The position numbers and the translations under genes are program-made. DNA of 64,000 nt from the human T2T-CHM13v2.0 reference genome, Homo sapiens. Positions within the stretch are counted from its first letter, which is position 1, and each line of letters opens with the position of its first letter. The stretch lies in assembly GCF_009914755.1 (NCBI RefSeq), contig NC_060933.1; one strand, given 5' to 3'. A model generated the notes under the pieces. That model saw only the letters and a program-made list of their open reading frames with translations. It did no database searches and was not told where the DNA came from. This document shows, piece after piece, positions 30,466 to 44,515 of this stretch.

Positions 30466-33356
30466 AGAAGATTAAGAGAGTGTAGAGTTGTCATTCAGCC
30501 TGCTTTAAAGTTTCCAGACTAGCTTTGGAATTTAGAGGAAAGAAATGAAAACCTCTGGATGGCTTATTGATTCTCTGCAACAGTTTGGTGGTGAATCCAA
30601 GATTTTTATTGCCATTTAGTGGATAAGAACACTGAGGTCAACATCATACTGTGGGTCAGTAGAAGAGATGACATTTCAACTTGCATCTCTCTGGCTTGAG
30701 CCCCTGTTCTTTCCTCTCATGAGACCTCATTGCCTCCCTTCTGGTGAGTGAAGGAGTATGATACCCTTTCTACTTGTGTAGTTCTTTAGGGTGTCCCAGG
30801 CATGTCACAGCCAGAACCTCACTGGTGCTGGCATGGCAGCTATCACTGGGAGGATGCACTGAGCCCCTGCTTTGTGACAGAGCCAGCTGCCCAAGGCACA
30901 GCCAACAGCTTCTAATCAAAGGGAATTCTGAAGAAAAAAAAAAACCTTCAGCAATCTTCTGGGGATTCTTCCTATCAAAGTCCCTGGCAATAAATAATAC
31001 ATGAAAAGAGATCCGCTCATGCGAAGGTGGACTTCAAAGCGGGTGGGGTAACAGTGCTCAAACCCACCACTTGGCGTCTGTGCTGTCTGCTCATTCCAGA
31101 AGTTAATTCACAGAGAATAGCATGAGGGAATGCCTGCCTCCCTGCAGCTGATTCATGGGAACTCCGAGCCTGCATTAACAGGAGGGAAGGGCAGCTTGCT
31201 AGTCTTTCAAGAGCATTTTCCCAGCCCCAAGCCTTAGAGCTAGGCCTTGGACTGCTGCTGTGACATGTGTTCTGAGCTAGTCCCAAACAAGCACAAACAC
31301 AATAGCCTCCACTGATCAATGCAGCAGGGCTGAAGGATGGAATCCAAAGCATGAACCCTGAGAACAGAAAGTCCCAGCACTCGCTCTGTGCAAGTTGCCA
31401 TGAACTCCAGCCATGCATCCTGTGGCCAAGGATGGGTGGCCCCCGAGCAGGAAACTCTTTGGCAGCCTCCACTGCGTGCTTTGCCTGCTGACAAGAGCAC
31501 ACCCTGGCCTTGGTTATTGCCCTTATAAAACAGCTCAAGGAGGATGTGAGCCAAACGTTTTAAATGTGCCTGGAAGAAAAATGTTAACTATGAATCCACG
31601 CGGTAGAACAGTACAGTACAACTGCAACAACACGCAGCACTGCTCTCAGAGAAGGGGCCAAGGAGGAAACTGCAACTGTTGCCCAGGTTTCCTGTGGCTT
31701 TTCCTTTTCCTCTCTCTGGGGCCAGGGCTGCTCTGAAACCCACTTTGCAACAGAATCTGAGAAATGGGTGCTTTTGTGGCTGTAATTAGAGTCATAGAAT
31801 TTACAGAATTTTCCCTATTAGGGGAGACTTTAATCCTCCAGTTTGCATGTAAATAGAGACAGAAATTGAAGCTTATAGAGGTCATCATCAAGGTCTATCC
31901 TTTCTTACTGAAATTCATTTTGCCTGTTTCCAATCCACATTTTGCAAAAGAAAGTTAATGCATGTAGGATGTCTTTCATAATCGGTACCTATTATCTATC
32001 AGGTAATGTCTTAGGTATTTTTCCCATAGCTTATTGAATCTCCAGTACAGCCTTAGAAAGAAATATTATTACCTATATATTAAACAGAAAGAAATAAAAA
32101 TTGTAGGTGTGTATGTTCCAATACCGGCAAGTACTGGAACAAGCATTAGATCCCTAGTGTCCCTGACCCCAGAACCTCTGTTCTTTTCATTGTGCTAAAA
32201 TGCCACTCAAGTGTCATTTAAGAGACACATAAGTGTCACTTACACATAAGTGTCTCATATCTCTGGGCTACTGATATCCATTTTTTCTCTAATAACTCTA
32301 ATAAAGATATTCAATGGAGGTAATCAGAATGATCTTTGAGTACTTCCATCAGGATAAAACCTATTTTGTCCTACCTCATGTTGAAATACCAGAAGCACCG
32401 TAGGAAAAAGGACAAGAATGCCCACCAGTGGCATTAACATTTTTTTTTTTTACACTTCAGCCAATAAAATAGAGCAAAACTTAGAAAACTAAAGCAAGAA
32501 TCCTGCTTTATTTGATAATTGATTGTATAGTGTAAAACTAAGAAAAAATAGCTGTAAAAACTCATAGAACTACTAAGAGAGCTCAGTAAATTAGCCAAAT
32601 AAAATTTAAAATCAAATCGATGACTTTTCTACATAACAGCAATCTCCATTTAAAAGACACAATGGAAAAAGATCGATTATACTTGTATTAATATATACAC
32701 CTAAGTACTTTAACAAAATTGTGTGATCTATTTAAATGAAACCACAGAGTTTTACAGAGACTCAAAAGAAAATTTTACAAAATCAAGAAAGGTTTTAAGT
32801 TTCCAGATGAGATGCATGAACAAGGATGCCAGATCTTCCCAAATTAATACATAAATTTATCATGATAGTAATAAGGTTTTTACATTAAAAACATCGTTGT
32901 AGAGTTATTCAGAAAAGACTGAACAGATGAGTAAAATAGCTAAGAACACATATAAAACAAGAGAAAGAAACGAGAGAGTTTGTCCATCGAAAGATATATA
33001 ATATTGCAATCATTAAAACAGGATTATACTATCACAAGACTGGATAGATCTACCAGTGGAACAAGACAGAAAGTTCTAGAATGATCATACAATGATCTGG
33101 AACTTAATATATGATAATAATGGAAGTAGCAATATTCAATGCAAAATTCAAAGGTATAATATTCACCATATAATACTAGCAAAAGTGGCTAAAAATATGG
33201 AAAGAAATAAACATTTACTTAATCCTAATATCACATATCTACCAATTCAAATTCCATATGCCTTACAGATTTATGTGAAAACAAAGAAAACAATTATTAA
33301 AATATGAAAATTACAGTAAATATTTAAATTATCTTGAAAGCAGGAAATAACTTCTT

Positions 33357-33437
33357 CAAACTTTTATTTTAGGTTCAGGGGTGTATGTGCAGGTTTGTTA
33401 CACAGGTAAACCTGTGTCACAGGGGTTTGTTGTATAC
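33357..33437 (-). mobile_element. Very short 5'-truncated L1PA (old subfamily) 3' end
   Basis: acttttattttaggttcaggggtgtatgtgcaggtttgttacacaggtaaac; TSD gaaataa(c/t)ttct. Confidence 0.75.
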
Positions 33438-34096
33438 AGAAATAATTTCTAAATATAAAATAAATGCAAAAAATCAGAAATAACACAAGTCACAAAAAAA
33501 GACACTGCAAAAAAAATACAAAAGAAGAAAAATGTGAAATTAGAAAAGCATTTTCAATGAATAAAAACAAGAGTGTAATACTTTTATATATATATAGATG
33601 TATGTGTGTGTCTGCATATATATAAATACATCTCAGAAATCATTTTTAAACAATTTCCAATACCCATTAGCATAATCATACTAGTAGCTATGCCTTAGCC
33701 CGTTCTCACCAAGCGGAAACATTCACCTGGATGCTCTGTATTTATCATTTCATATAAGTTTCACACGACGGCATTGGGTTATTTATGCACACAAAATGAG
33801 AATGCTAAGACAGGCAATGGTTATTTGCAGAAGGTCACACCACTGGGCCAAAAAAGAAAGAAAAAATCAAAACCAGATACATCTGTCTATAAAGGTCTTA
33901 CTTCTAAACATGACCCTATATAAAAGTGGCCAAAAGTGATGAGTACCTATGTCAAAGAGGAAGAAAAGTATTTGGTTAACAAACATTTGATTAGTGTTTA
34001 GTCTGCCAGTATTCAACATTAAGAGACACCATTTTTAACTATCAAATTAACCCCAAAAATGAGAAATAACAACAAGACCAATCAATGTTGGTGAAG

Positions 34097-34551
34097 CATT
34101 AGCAAAGACGTGGAATCAACTTAGGTGCCCATCAACAGGGTACTGGACACAGAAAATGCGGTACATATACATGATGGAATATTATGCAGCCATAAAAAAG
34201 AATGAAATCATGCCCTTAGCAGCAACATAGGTGCAGCTGGAGGCCATTATTCTAAGTGAATTAACACAGGAACAAGAAACCAAATACCGTGTGTTCTCTT
34301 GTATACGTGGGAGCTAAACACTGGGTCCTCATGGACATAAAGGTAGTAACAATAGACACTGGGGACTAGTAGAGGGAGAGAGAGGCAAGGGGGCAGAATT
34401 TGAAAATCTACCTATTGGGTACTGTGCTCACTATATGGCTGGTAGGATCAATCATAGCCCAAACTTAGCATGATGCAATGTACTCATGTAGCAAACCTGC
34501 ATGTGTACCCTTTGAATCTAAAATAAAAGTTGAAATTATTTAAAAAAAAAA
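34097..34551 (+). mobile_element. L1PA16/L1PB4-class 3' end
   Basis: tggaatcaacttaggtgcccatcaac...gcagccataaaaaagaatgaaatcatg...caaacctgcatgtgtaccc..aaataaaagttgaa plus A-tail. Confidence 0.85.
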
Positions 34552-34811
34552 TACTAGTAAAGGTGAATTCCACATAGCTGCAGAGTCAAAAATGCACACA
34601 CCTTTCTGGAAAAGAATTTGGCAATATACATCAAAAGTCCTTAAAAATGTTCTTACTGAATAACTCTGCTTCTAGGAATGTACACTGAGGAAACCATCAG
34701 AGAAACTCATTCAAATGTATTCACAAGGAAATTCACTGAAGGCCTATTTATAAATTTACTTAAAGAATTGAAAGTAAAATTAGTGAAAATGTAAAGTATC
34801 CAGAATATGGG

Positions 34812-35595
<784 letters not shown>

Positions 35596-35699
35596 ATGGG
35601 CTACTGAAGCATCACTAAAAATCATAGTTTTAAAAATAAACAATGGATGTGGGATCATTATCAAGAGAAATGCTATTGGAATAGAAGGATTATGCTAGC

Positions 35700-36979
35700 T
35701 GATGTAGATGTTAAATCATGTTTCAGCCATCACCAAGATTCAACAGATAAAATATTCCAAAGTGAGGTAAAGGATCAAAATGCACATTTCTAAAGGAAAT
35801 GGTTACCAAAAAATTACATGACTCTAATTCCTTGCCCACCTCTAGAGTATGAAAAGATCCAGTTTTGGAAATTAAGAAAGAGAAATTGGGAGGAAATTTC
35901 TTTGGAGAGACCTGTTGCTGTGGCGTGAGTGCCTTTCACACGGCCGTTTAAGAGTGTGTGTGTGTGTGTCTCTCTGTATTTAAGAGGATGATGCTTGAAA
36001 CTGATCTCAAACCCATTGAGAAGAGTTTCAACAGGGCCACCTGAAAATCGGATATATGTTCCTTGCATTTGGGAGTCACAGAGTGGAAAATCTCAATGGA
36101 GAGGGCCAGCTTGGCCAGCTGTTCTAGGGGTGGGAGTCAAGAAGAGATGGGTGTGTTGGATGGCAATACTCCTGCAGGAATCAAAAATGTGTGTTTCCCA
36201 TGGGCCAAAGATCAAGAGTGAGGGAGAACCAGTCTGGGGCTTCAGTCCTGTCCAGCAGTACTCCTGGAGAGAGATTCCTACATTGTGCACGCGAGAGGCC
36301 CCACTAGAGAGAAGCTGAAGGTAGAGTTGGTTTACGGCGGGCTGAGTAAAGAAAAAAACAAGGGCTGGAAAAAGAGAGAGAACATGACTGGCATCAAGAC
36401 ACCTGCAGATCAAAGCTCCTGGGGAGGCATGGTATGGGGCAAGAGTGTCCTGAGGAACACATAAAGGGCCAGTGAGAGCATGGGCTTTATACACCTGCCT
36501 GATCCAGAGAGTAGGAAGCCCACCTCTGACAGGGCTGGTCACATATGAGACTTCTAGCTCCTCCCCTGACTCCAATCCTAGAGGGGTGAGAAATTGACAA
36601 AAATTGGGAGAGAAGGGCAAAAACTGAGAGTGGAAGCTAACCACACTCCATTGGCCTTCAGCTTTTCTTGTGGCTGTCAGCCTAGCTGAGGAAGTAGAAA
36701 AGACCATTTTACATCAAAATCAAAGTTTCAATGATCATAAGGGGCTTGGAATTGTAATTTCTGAATTTCAGTTGCATATTTTGTAAAAAGGACCATGGGA
36801 TCTCGGAACTCCTAGGAATGATCAGAAAAGTAATGGGATGCCCAGTGTTTTAAGGACAGGGGAAGAACTGTCTCTTCTCATTAATTTTAAAGAGACAGTG
36901 GAAGAGATGAAATAAATTTGCTTTGTGATTGTATCCCAAGAGTTGCTCTCGTCCAATCCAAGAAACGAGTTATATTACA
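35700..36979 (+). mobile_element. Possible ancient long LTR (family not identified)
   Basis: About 1.3 kb purine-rich block with AATAAA at ~36911 followed ~60 bp later by a ...attaca end; the start is uncertain. Confidence 0.35.
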
Positions 36980-38539
36980 TTTTTTTTAAATGGGAGAAAG
37001 AAAAGGAGAAAAGAAAAATAAAAGAAAAGAAAATGAAACACAGCAAAATGTAAGTAGAGATATTTTGGGTTGGTAGATGATGCGTGGGTTTTATTTTCTA
37101 TTGTGTTTTCTTTCCAATATTTTCATACATATTATCTTTTTAATAAGACAGATAATTTTTACATGCATCTACACCCTCCTTTACAAAAGACTCTATTCTT
37201 GGTACCTACATGGTATATGGGTTTATTAAATGAGCGTTCCAAAGAATGCTTGAGACAGATAAAAATGAAAAAGTCTCAGTCATTAAGGGACTGGAGGAAT
37301 TTCTTCACTTTTAAATATCACAGTTTTGGATAAAAGTGTTTAAAGAAGCTTTCTGTGACTGATGCTATAGATGCTTTAGTATTAGACTGATGGTTCATTA
37401 TGGAAAGAACCCACACATCGTGGGCAGGAAACAGTTGAACAATAAACTACTGGTGGCCCCCTAAACGAGCTGGCAGTCTTTAACTTTAGTTCATAAAACC
37501 AGGGTGGCATTTGCCAGAGGGACACAGAAAGCACCCAGAGAGATGAGAACTTCTGGATAATAGAGCAAATCTTCTAAGTAATCCAGAGTGTTAAAGAAAC
37601 TATTTTTATTAACTCTCTGCAGCTGTAGCATCCACACTAGAGCACAAATGTGTGAAAATGCAAGCAGGAACACAAAAATAACTTGGAAAAAATCCCTACC
37701 TCCAAAAGGATTATTGGGAAGGCAAAGTGCAGAATGCATCTAAAATCCAGTGTTTATCTTATTGCAGGTGTTTTAAAAAGTTACTTTTCTTCCCTTCCCA
37801 AGTCTCCTCCTCCTCCCCAGCCCCCTTCATAAACATAGGGCACCTCACTGGGGTGGCTTGGCACCAGATGTCTCCTCGTCTCTGCTTTCTTTATTTCATT
37901 TCAGACTCTTGGGTGAATTGTCATGCCTGATATGGTTGATTTCAAAGCCAAGTTTAGATGATGTGAATAATTAAAATCATGAAACTTAAACTCTCAAGTG
38001 AAACATTTCTGAGTCCTGCACACAGAGGAAACTTGAATTGGACAGGCGAAGCCAAACCGCAGCCAAACGAAAAAGGCTACAAATCCAGCATTTTAGGTAC
38101 CACAGAAAATTAAGCACAGCAGGCAGAAAAGCAGCAAAGTTTATCTTGAGTCTGGGCCAAGAGTGAGCCAGGAGGAATACAAACACACAAACAAAAACTC
38201 TCTAGCAAAATGTGTTATTCAACTAAGGTTTGGTGGATGCCAGTTTAACCTTTGAGTTGGTCCCAACTAGGTGATGATCTGTCTTCCAAGGCTACTGAGC
38301 AGACAAGAACTCGCAGCTGTAACTATGCAAGGCATGTATTGTCTTTAAATACAATAGTAAATTAAAGGTCCTTGGGGAGACCCAGAATAGTTCGTGTAGG
38401 GTTCTGTGGTTATCCTAGTGCCTGCACCCTTTAATTCTGCAAATGCACACGCTGGAAAGCTTAACGAAGATCCAACCTATTAGGCATGTGGCTTTTGTGG
38501 GATCTAAGAGCTCCTTTCATTAGACTAGAACATCCACAA

Positions 38540-38690
38540 GAAAAATACACGCACACACATCCACACACATACACACATGCACACAGACCCACAAGTTCAT
38601 TTCAGCCATGCACGGATGCACAGACATGCATACACATTCTGATGCCCATTCTGACATTCACATATACACTGGCACACACTGGCATATGCA
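38540..38690. repeat. Degenerate (CA)n low-complexity tract
   Basis: Eroded CACA/CATA repeats. Confidence 0.8.
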
Positions 38691-39229
38691 TGATGTTCAA
38701 AAAGGTGGTATGAACATTCAACATTAAAAATATCATCCAAGAATTTCTTAATGGGGTAAAAAAAATTTTCATGTGATCTGAAGAAATATCTGATCCTAGT
38801 TTTAAGCGTTTGTCCCCTTTGGCTCTACTCATTCTCACTGTACTTTGCAGTATTTAGCATAATGAGCTCTCCTCGAACTGGAGAAAGTCAAACAAGTATT
38901 CTCTGAAACTATATTTCCAGAAATATATACAAGAATATGTATTGGCATAGGTTCATAGATATAAATAGGGTTTCCCATATCTATTGATAGAATTCTAATA
39001 GGTAAATAGTCATTTTTCTCATCCCCGCCAAAAATCAAATTAACTCTGTTCGTTCTCTCCAGTGGCTTATGAAAAAAAAGTGGAGTCGGGGAGAAAATCT
39101 TAGCAGAATTGCCAATAATTTTGCTTCCTTAGTACAGTCAAGGTCTATTGTATGGGTTATTACCTTAGAAAGTCTCACAACCACATACAAAGTAAATTAT
39201 TCTTCGAGGACCCACTCAATGCCCCGAGT

Positions 39230-39890
39230 GTCCACTCCCATCGGTCAGCATTTTAAAAGCTGCAGGGTTCTCTCTCCAGGGGCTCACTATCCACGTGGTT
39301 ACACACATCTCCACATCATTATAAATATTTGTCCCTACAACATTCACCAATAATGAGAAAAAGAGATTGCTATTTCCTCTACTTGGCAAAAGAGGAAATG
39401 TAAATGAGTCACTCCGGAAGTAAGAGGATGCACGGGAATGTTGGGACAAACTGTCCTTGCACTGGGCTGAGCCCTCTGTACCACGTGCAGTGCAGAAATA
39501 TTCACTTACCAGCTGGGAAAGTACATGAACTGCCTCGTTAGGCTTAACCCTGATGGTTAGAGAAAAGCTTTGCATCTCCAGGACTGGCATTATTTTAGAA
39601 CTGTAACCAACGTTTAGTAGTTTTTCCCCCCCCTTAATCAACCTAGATGAGATGTTCTGCGGTTGGGCTGGCAAAACGGCAGAGCAAAGCTGGAAGGGAC
39701 GCTTCTGATTTTAGTTTGGCAACGGCTGCCTTGGGGCCTACTGAGAGGATCTGCAGCAGTGTCAGTCACGCCGAGGCAAACGTGGTGATAACGCCGAGGC
39801 AAACATGTGGTGATAGCAGGAGGATTCTGCCTGGGCCTCATGCTCAGTTGGCACTCTGCCCCATGTTCTGGAAGAAGGAGTGAATATACC
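39230..39890. promoter_or_regulatory. Candidate enhancer/promoter
   Basis: Repeat-free; TGAGTCA (39405-39411) next to CCGGAAGT (39414-39421); CACGTG at 39292 and 39482; local CpG retention. Confidence 0.45.
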
Positions 39891-40242
39891 ACTACACACC
39901 TCCATCCTTTTCCTCATGTGCCTTCACAACATGTAATTAAACACCTCTGACTCACCTCCTAAGCTGGACTTCAGTGAGAAGTGTACATCCCCAGTGGTAT
40001 CTTCATTTTCAGATGCTTAGCCACCATATGTTGTTTCATCACTGCAGACAAAGCCACAACTTGACCACAGCCTACTAAATCTATATGTCCAGCCATAATT
40101 CCACGCTGAGTCCCAGGCTTATATCTTGAACTTTTGGCTGAACATCTTCACTGGCATGTTCTTCAGGCACCACAAACTCAGCATATTAATAAATAGAAAC
40201 TATTTTCCCCCGATATCTCCACCTCCCCACCAAAAACCTTCG

Positions 40243-40393
40243 TGCGCTCCTTAACTTACAATGGGGTTATGAGGATGGGTTTATCGTGATGTAACCCCAT
40301 CATAAGTTGAAGAGTGTACTGAATGTGTATCACTTTTGCACTATCCTAAAGTCAAAAAAAACATAAGTGGAACCATAGTAAGTCAGAAACTGT
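40243..40393 (+). mobile_element. MER47 (Tigger5) derivative with internal inverted duplication
   Basis: Left end gctccttaacttacaatggggtta; right part tactgaatgtgtatcacttttgcac...aaccatagtaagtc. Confidence 0.8.
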
Positions 40394-40404
40394 ATTTAGC
40401 AGAG

Positions 40405-40622
40405 TAAGATTCAGCCAACATTTTTCTGTAAAGAGAGAGATAGCCAATTTTTTTGTCTTTGTGGACTATATGGTCTTTGTCACAACTACCTGTCTCTGCC
40501 ATTATATTGTGAAAGCAGCAATAGACAACATGTAAATGAATGTGCATGGTCGTGTCCCAATAAAACTTAATTTACGAAAACAAAGAGTAGACTGGATTTG
40601 TCCTGTGGGCTGTGAACCACCC
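40405..40622 (+). mobile_element. MER58A hAT-Charlie MITE
   Basis: tttttctgtaaag..agatag...gaaagcagcaatagacaacatgtaaatgaatg...ccaataaaact..actggatttg. Confidence 0.8.
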
Positions 40623-41627
40623 ACTTGTAAGTCACTGAACAGTCACTAAACCCAGAAACCTGACAGTCACTAAACCCAGAAACTCCTAAGTCATTTTAGA
40701 TTCCTCTTTTCCCCTAATCTTCACACCTTCAGTAAATTTACGAAATGTTATTAGTCTTTACCTCTTAAATAGATCTCTTTTATTCCATCTTGTTGTCATT
40801 GCCTTTAGATTAATTACACTAATTTGTGCTATTAGTTTATTTATTGAACAGGACCAACTACTATGGGCAAAAACAAAACATCATATATGGTCACCATCCT
40901 ATGGTCTCCATTGCTTTTATTTTTTTAATTCCGCAAATATTCAGTGGATACCTATTGGGTAACACATGTTATACCAACCAGACAGGTCAGGGACGAATAA
41001 CAAAAATATAGTCCTTCCCTCACAGAGCTCCCATAAAGCATAAAAAATATTACTTTAAAATCTATAAAATATCTCAAACAATCTCTGAAAGTGGTTTGAT
41101 TTTATCTACTTCTCAAAAAGTTTCCCAAAATTAAAAGCTAACTCATAAACAGAATTTGTCAAACACTTACTAAAGAGAAATAAACTATATATAAACAACC
41201 AGTTGTTTAAAGTACATAATGAGCACAAAAGCAAAAAATCTTACTTATCAAGAGTAAGGTATTCTTTATCCTGTAATAATTGCTGTGGCATGTATTAAAG
41301 AATTGGAGATATTCTTACCTCGCCTTTCAGCATTCATATCAAACTGTGTTTGTATTGATGGAAATTCCTAAATAAATTTAATTCATCACAGAAAAACCAT
41401 GGCATCTTGTTAGGTATGAAATGTGTTACTATTATGGAAGTTATAACTCCACTAGGATAAATAAAAGGGGAGGAGTGAAGAGCATTATACAAAGTCCATT
41501 TTTGTTAGAGATTGTCCAGAAAATCTTCAAAAATCACAACTGGGATGCTTTGAGACACAAAATTATAACATATTAGGCAGAAGTTGTCTTTTGCAGCTAG
41601 AGAAAAAAATACCTGTGGGGCATAATT

Positions 41628-41952
41628 GTATATATTTATATATAATTTTTTAATTTATTATATATAATGTATAATATATAATATCATAATAAAGATAAAT
41701 ATTGGTAAATATTTATTAAATATATAAATATAAATATATACATATATAATGGATGCATATCATATACTAAGTATACAATATACTATATATAAGTATATAT
41801 TATATATATAGTATACAAAGTACATGTTATACAACTATATATTAAATATATAAAATAAGCATATGTTGTATATAAAGTATATTTATATATATTGTATATT
41901 ATATATTTATATAGTATCTATTATACATTTTTATACAAATATACATATATGT
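41628..41952. repeat. AT-rich / degenerate (TA)n tract
   Basis: About 320 bp nearly pure A/T. Confidence 0.95.
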
Positions 41953-42556
41953 GTGACAGATTACATTTAGCTTTAAATGTAGCCCCAGAATGAAAACTGT
42001 AGGGGGTGTTCAATTCAAGCTAAGTCCTTCCAACAGTTACAATTGTGCATAAAGGGAACAGCCTTCCTGGGGCAGGAAGGGTTAGAGATGCACGTGATAG
42101 ACCCCATGGCCTCCTGGTAGGATTCCAGAATGAGCACACCAGCATTGGCAGGGGCTGGCCTAGCTGTCCTCTGAGGCCCTGAATTGTGTGAGAGTGGGAG
42201 GGCTTTGAAGAAATCATTGTGCATGAGAATATGAAGTGACTGGAGAGATCTCATTCACCCTGACAGAAATGAAATACAAACAAGAACGTGCTAACGCTTT
42301 GATAGAGGGGGCATTCGTGAACACTGTGAAATAGTTGGCCTAAAATATATAGATGCATGCTTTCCCTCACAATGGCATTTTTCACAGGGACAAATGAATA
42401 GATTCTAAGGTTCAACATGGGTTCTAATATTTCCCAGCATTTGATCATTAAGAGAGTGAAGCAGATAAGTTTATTTTGTTGGCGCTGAAGTCATACTGCG
42501 TTGAAATCTTGCCTCCAGAATTTACTTTATATGGAACCTTGAAGAAGTTATTGACA

Positions 42557-42933
42557 TTGGTAGGTTATATTTGTTCAGTATGTTCACTGGACTTTCCCTA
42601 CCAAAGAATCTTACTACTTGCCTCATTAATGTCAGACTTGGCCATGTTATTTGCATTGGGCAGTGAAATTGAGATGAAATAAGTGTCAATGTGTCATTTC
42701 TCAATGTGTAGCTTTAGGAGCCATTGCATGTTTTAGCTGCAAACTATTCCACCTGCCAAAAGACAGCTAGGTTACATATAAGAGCAACTCTTTGAATGTG
42801 AAAGAGAAAAGAAGTGATGTTAACCTATGATGCACAAATAACATGAGAGGGAAATAAAGCTTTACTGTTGTATGTCAGTGAGATCTGGGGCTGTTTGTTA
42901 CTATAGCCTAACTTAGCTTATACTGTTTAATAT
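42557..42933 (+). mobile_element. MLT1 (I/J-like) solo LTR inserted in a MIR
   Basis: cttggccatgttatttgcattgggcagtgaaat...catgagagggaaataaagc...tttgttactatagcctaac..taata; MIR halves on both sides. Confidence 0.7.
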
Positions 42934-43954
42934 GCTATTTAAGAAACCACTCTCAGATTTCCTTTCTTTAATATAGGAATAATGTAAATATATATTTTAG
43001 AAAACTGTCGGAGAAAATGAATTAATTCATGCAAAACATCTGGAACAGAATCTGGCACAGGGTGAGCACTAAATAAATGTTACTTATCATTATACCTAAA
43101 CTACCCCAAAAATTCTGAAATTAATGCCCACAATTTCTCAGTACACATGTTGTAATTATTGCCAGACATGCCAGTAATAATCATCAGGAACAAAGAAGAT
43201 CCCACCAGTATATTAATTTAGCAAGACAGTCCTGAATCAGCTTTCACAAAAGACATTTTATTGCTCAGATAACGTGTGAAGGCAAGGTGTACGAACACTA
43301 TGCTGGGAGTGAGGAAAATTTGGTATTAGTACCTCCCACTTTCTGGGTTAATTTCCTCCTCTTTAACTAAGGATGTTGCACTAGATGGTGTCTAATGCCC
43401 TGGCAACTTATATGTCCAATGTCATTCTAGCAGAATACATTTCAGCATTACAAACAACACATTCAGAGAATGAAATCGTAGAAGGCAGCCCTGGCATGCA
43501 TTTGTTTATTCCAGCTCAGCAGTGGTGGGAATTTGAATTCCAGGTGTCCAAGCAAAGTTCTGGAGCCCAGAAAGACTCTGGAGCACACCCAGGAGATGCC
43601 CCTGCTTTCATGGGCTCCCAAGACTTGCAGGGGTTCGCAAGCAAGGAGCCAGGCCTTTGTATTCTAACTTCATCTGCATTCTGTGGCCAAGTCTTCTGGG
43701 AACTCTGACTGGCATGTTTGACAAACATATTCCCCTCGTTTGTATCCCCAAAGCACTGGCATGCGGGTAATAATCCAACACCTGCCGCAGAGGGGCAGAT
43801 CAAACTGAAAAGGCCCCTGACTTCTCTAATTTTTATCACTGGGATTTCACAGTCAGTCTGTAAGAGTTCACATAATAGCTGAGTGGCGAGTTTTTAGCCA
43901 CACTTTCACTTAATTTTTAAAAATTTTCCTTAAGAACTTCAATTTAAAAGAAAT

Positions 43955-44515
43955 ACAACACCCTATGCTGCTAAGTTTGTAGTAAAAAAAGAAGAAAAAA
44001 GGGCTTAGGAAAGCACTGCTGGTGGCAGTGTAAATTGATAAAAAATTTTTTGGAAAGGGGTTTTATAATACCTACCAAGAACAGCAAAATACTTCATTTC
44101 ATTAGACCAAGTGACTCAACTCCAGGAAATTTATTTTAAGGATCAAGTTCCCTAAAAGTGTAAGTGTGAGGTAGAGGAAACAAAATACAAAACTAAATTT
44201 GTCACCTTCCATACTGGTGAAAAACTAGAAACAACTTTAAAGTCCTCAAATAAACCAGTTAAATAAATTGTGCTATATCCCCTCAACTGAATTTGAGACC
44301 GCAAATACAATTATAATTTAAAATATTACGCATTCCTGGGAAAAGGTCTATGACACAGAGTTAAGGGGGAAAAGCAGAAATACCATGTCTCTGTATGAAA
44401 AAGGAACACACAGTTAACATGCTCGATGTATTAGAATGGAAAAATAATTTGTAATTCTTCCATCTTATTTATTTATTTCTGGCATGGTTATGCTATTGAA
44501 TATTCAAGAAATAAA
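43955..44515 (+). mobile_element. L1ME-type 3' remnant
   Basis: cactgctggtggcagtgtaaattg..ttggaaag...ctccaggaaatttat...aaaactagaaacaact..gttaaataaattgtg. Confidence 0.65.

Larger units (their letters stand above)
32340..34800 (+). mobile_element. Degraded L1M (ORF2-3' region), interrupted by younger insertions
   Basis: A-rich ORF2-like remnants (tcttcccaaattaatacataaattta; tagatctaccagtggaacaagacagaaag; cacctttctggaaaagaatttggcaatatac). Confidence 0.7.

Noticed and set aside
36093-36707. 204-aa minus-strand ORF
   Set aside because: No recognisable domain or exon structure; lies within a probable ancient LTR-like block.
39216-39674. 152-aa minus-strand ORF
   Set aside because: Non-ATG start, no homology recognised; consistent with a chance ORF.
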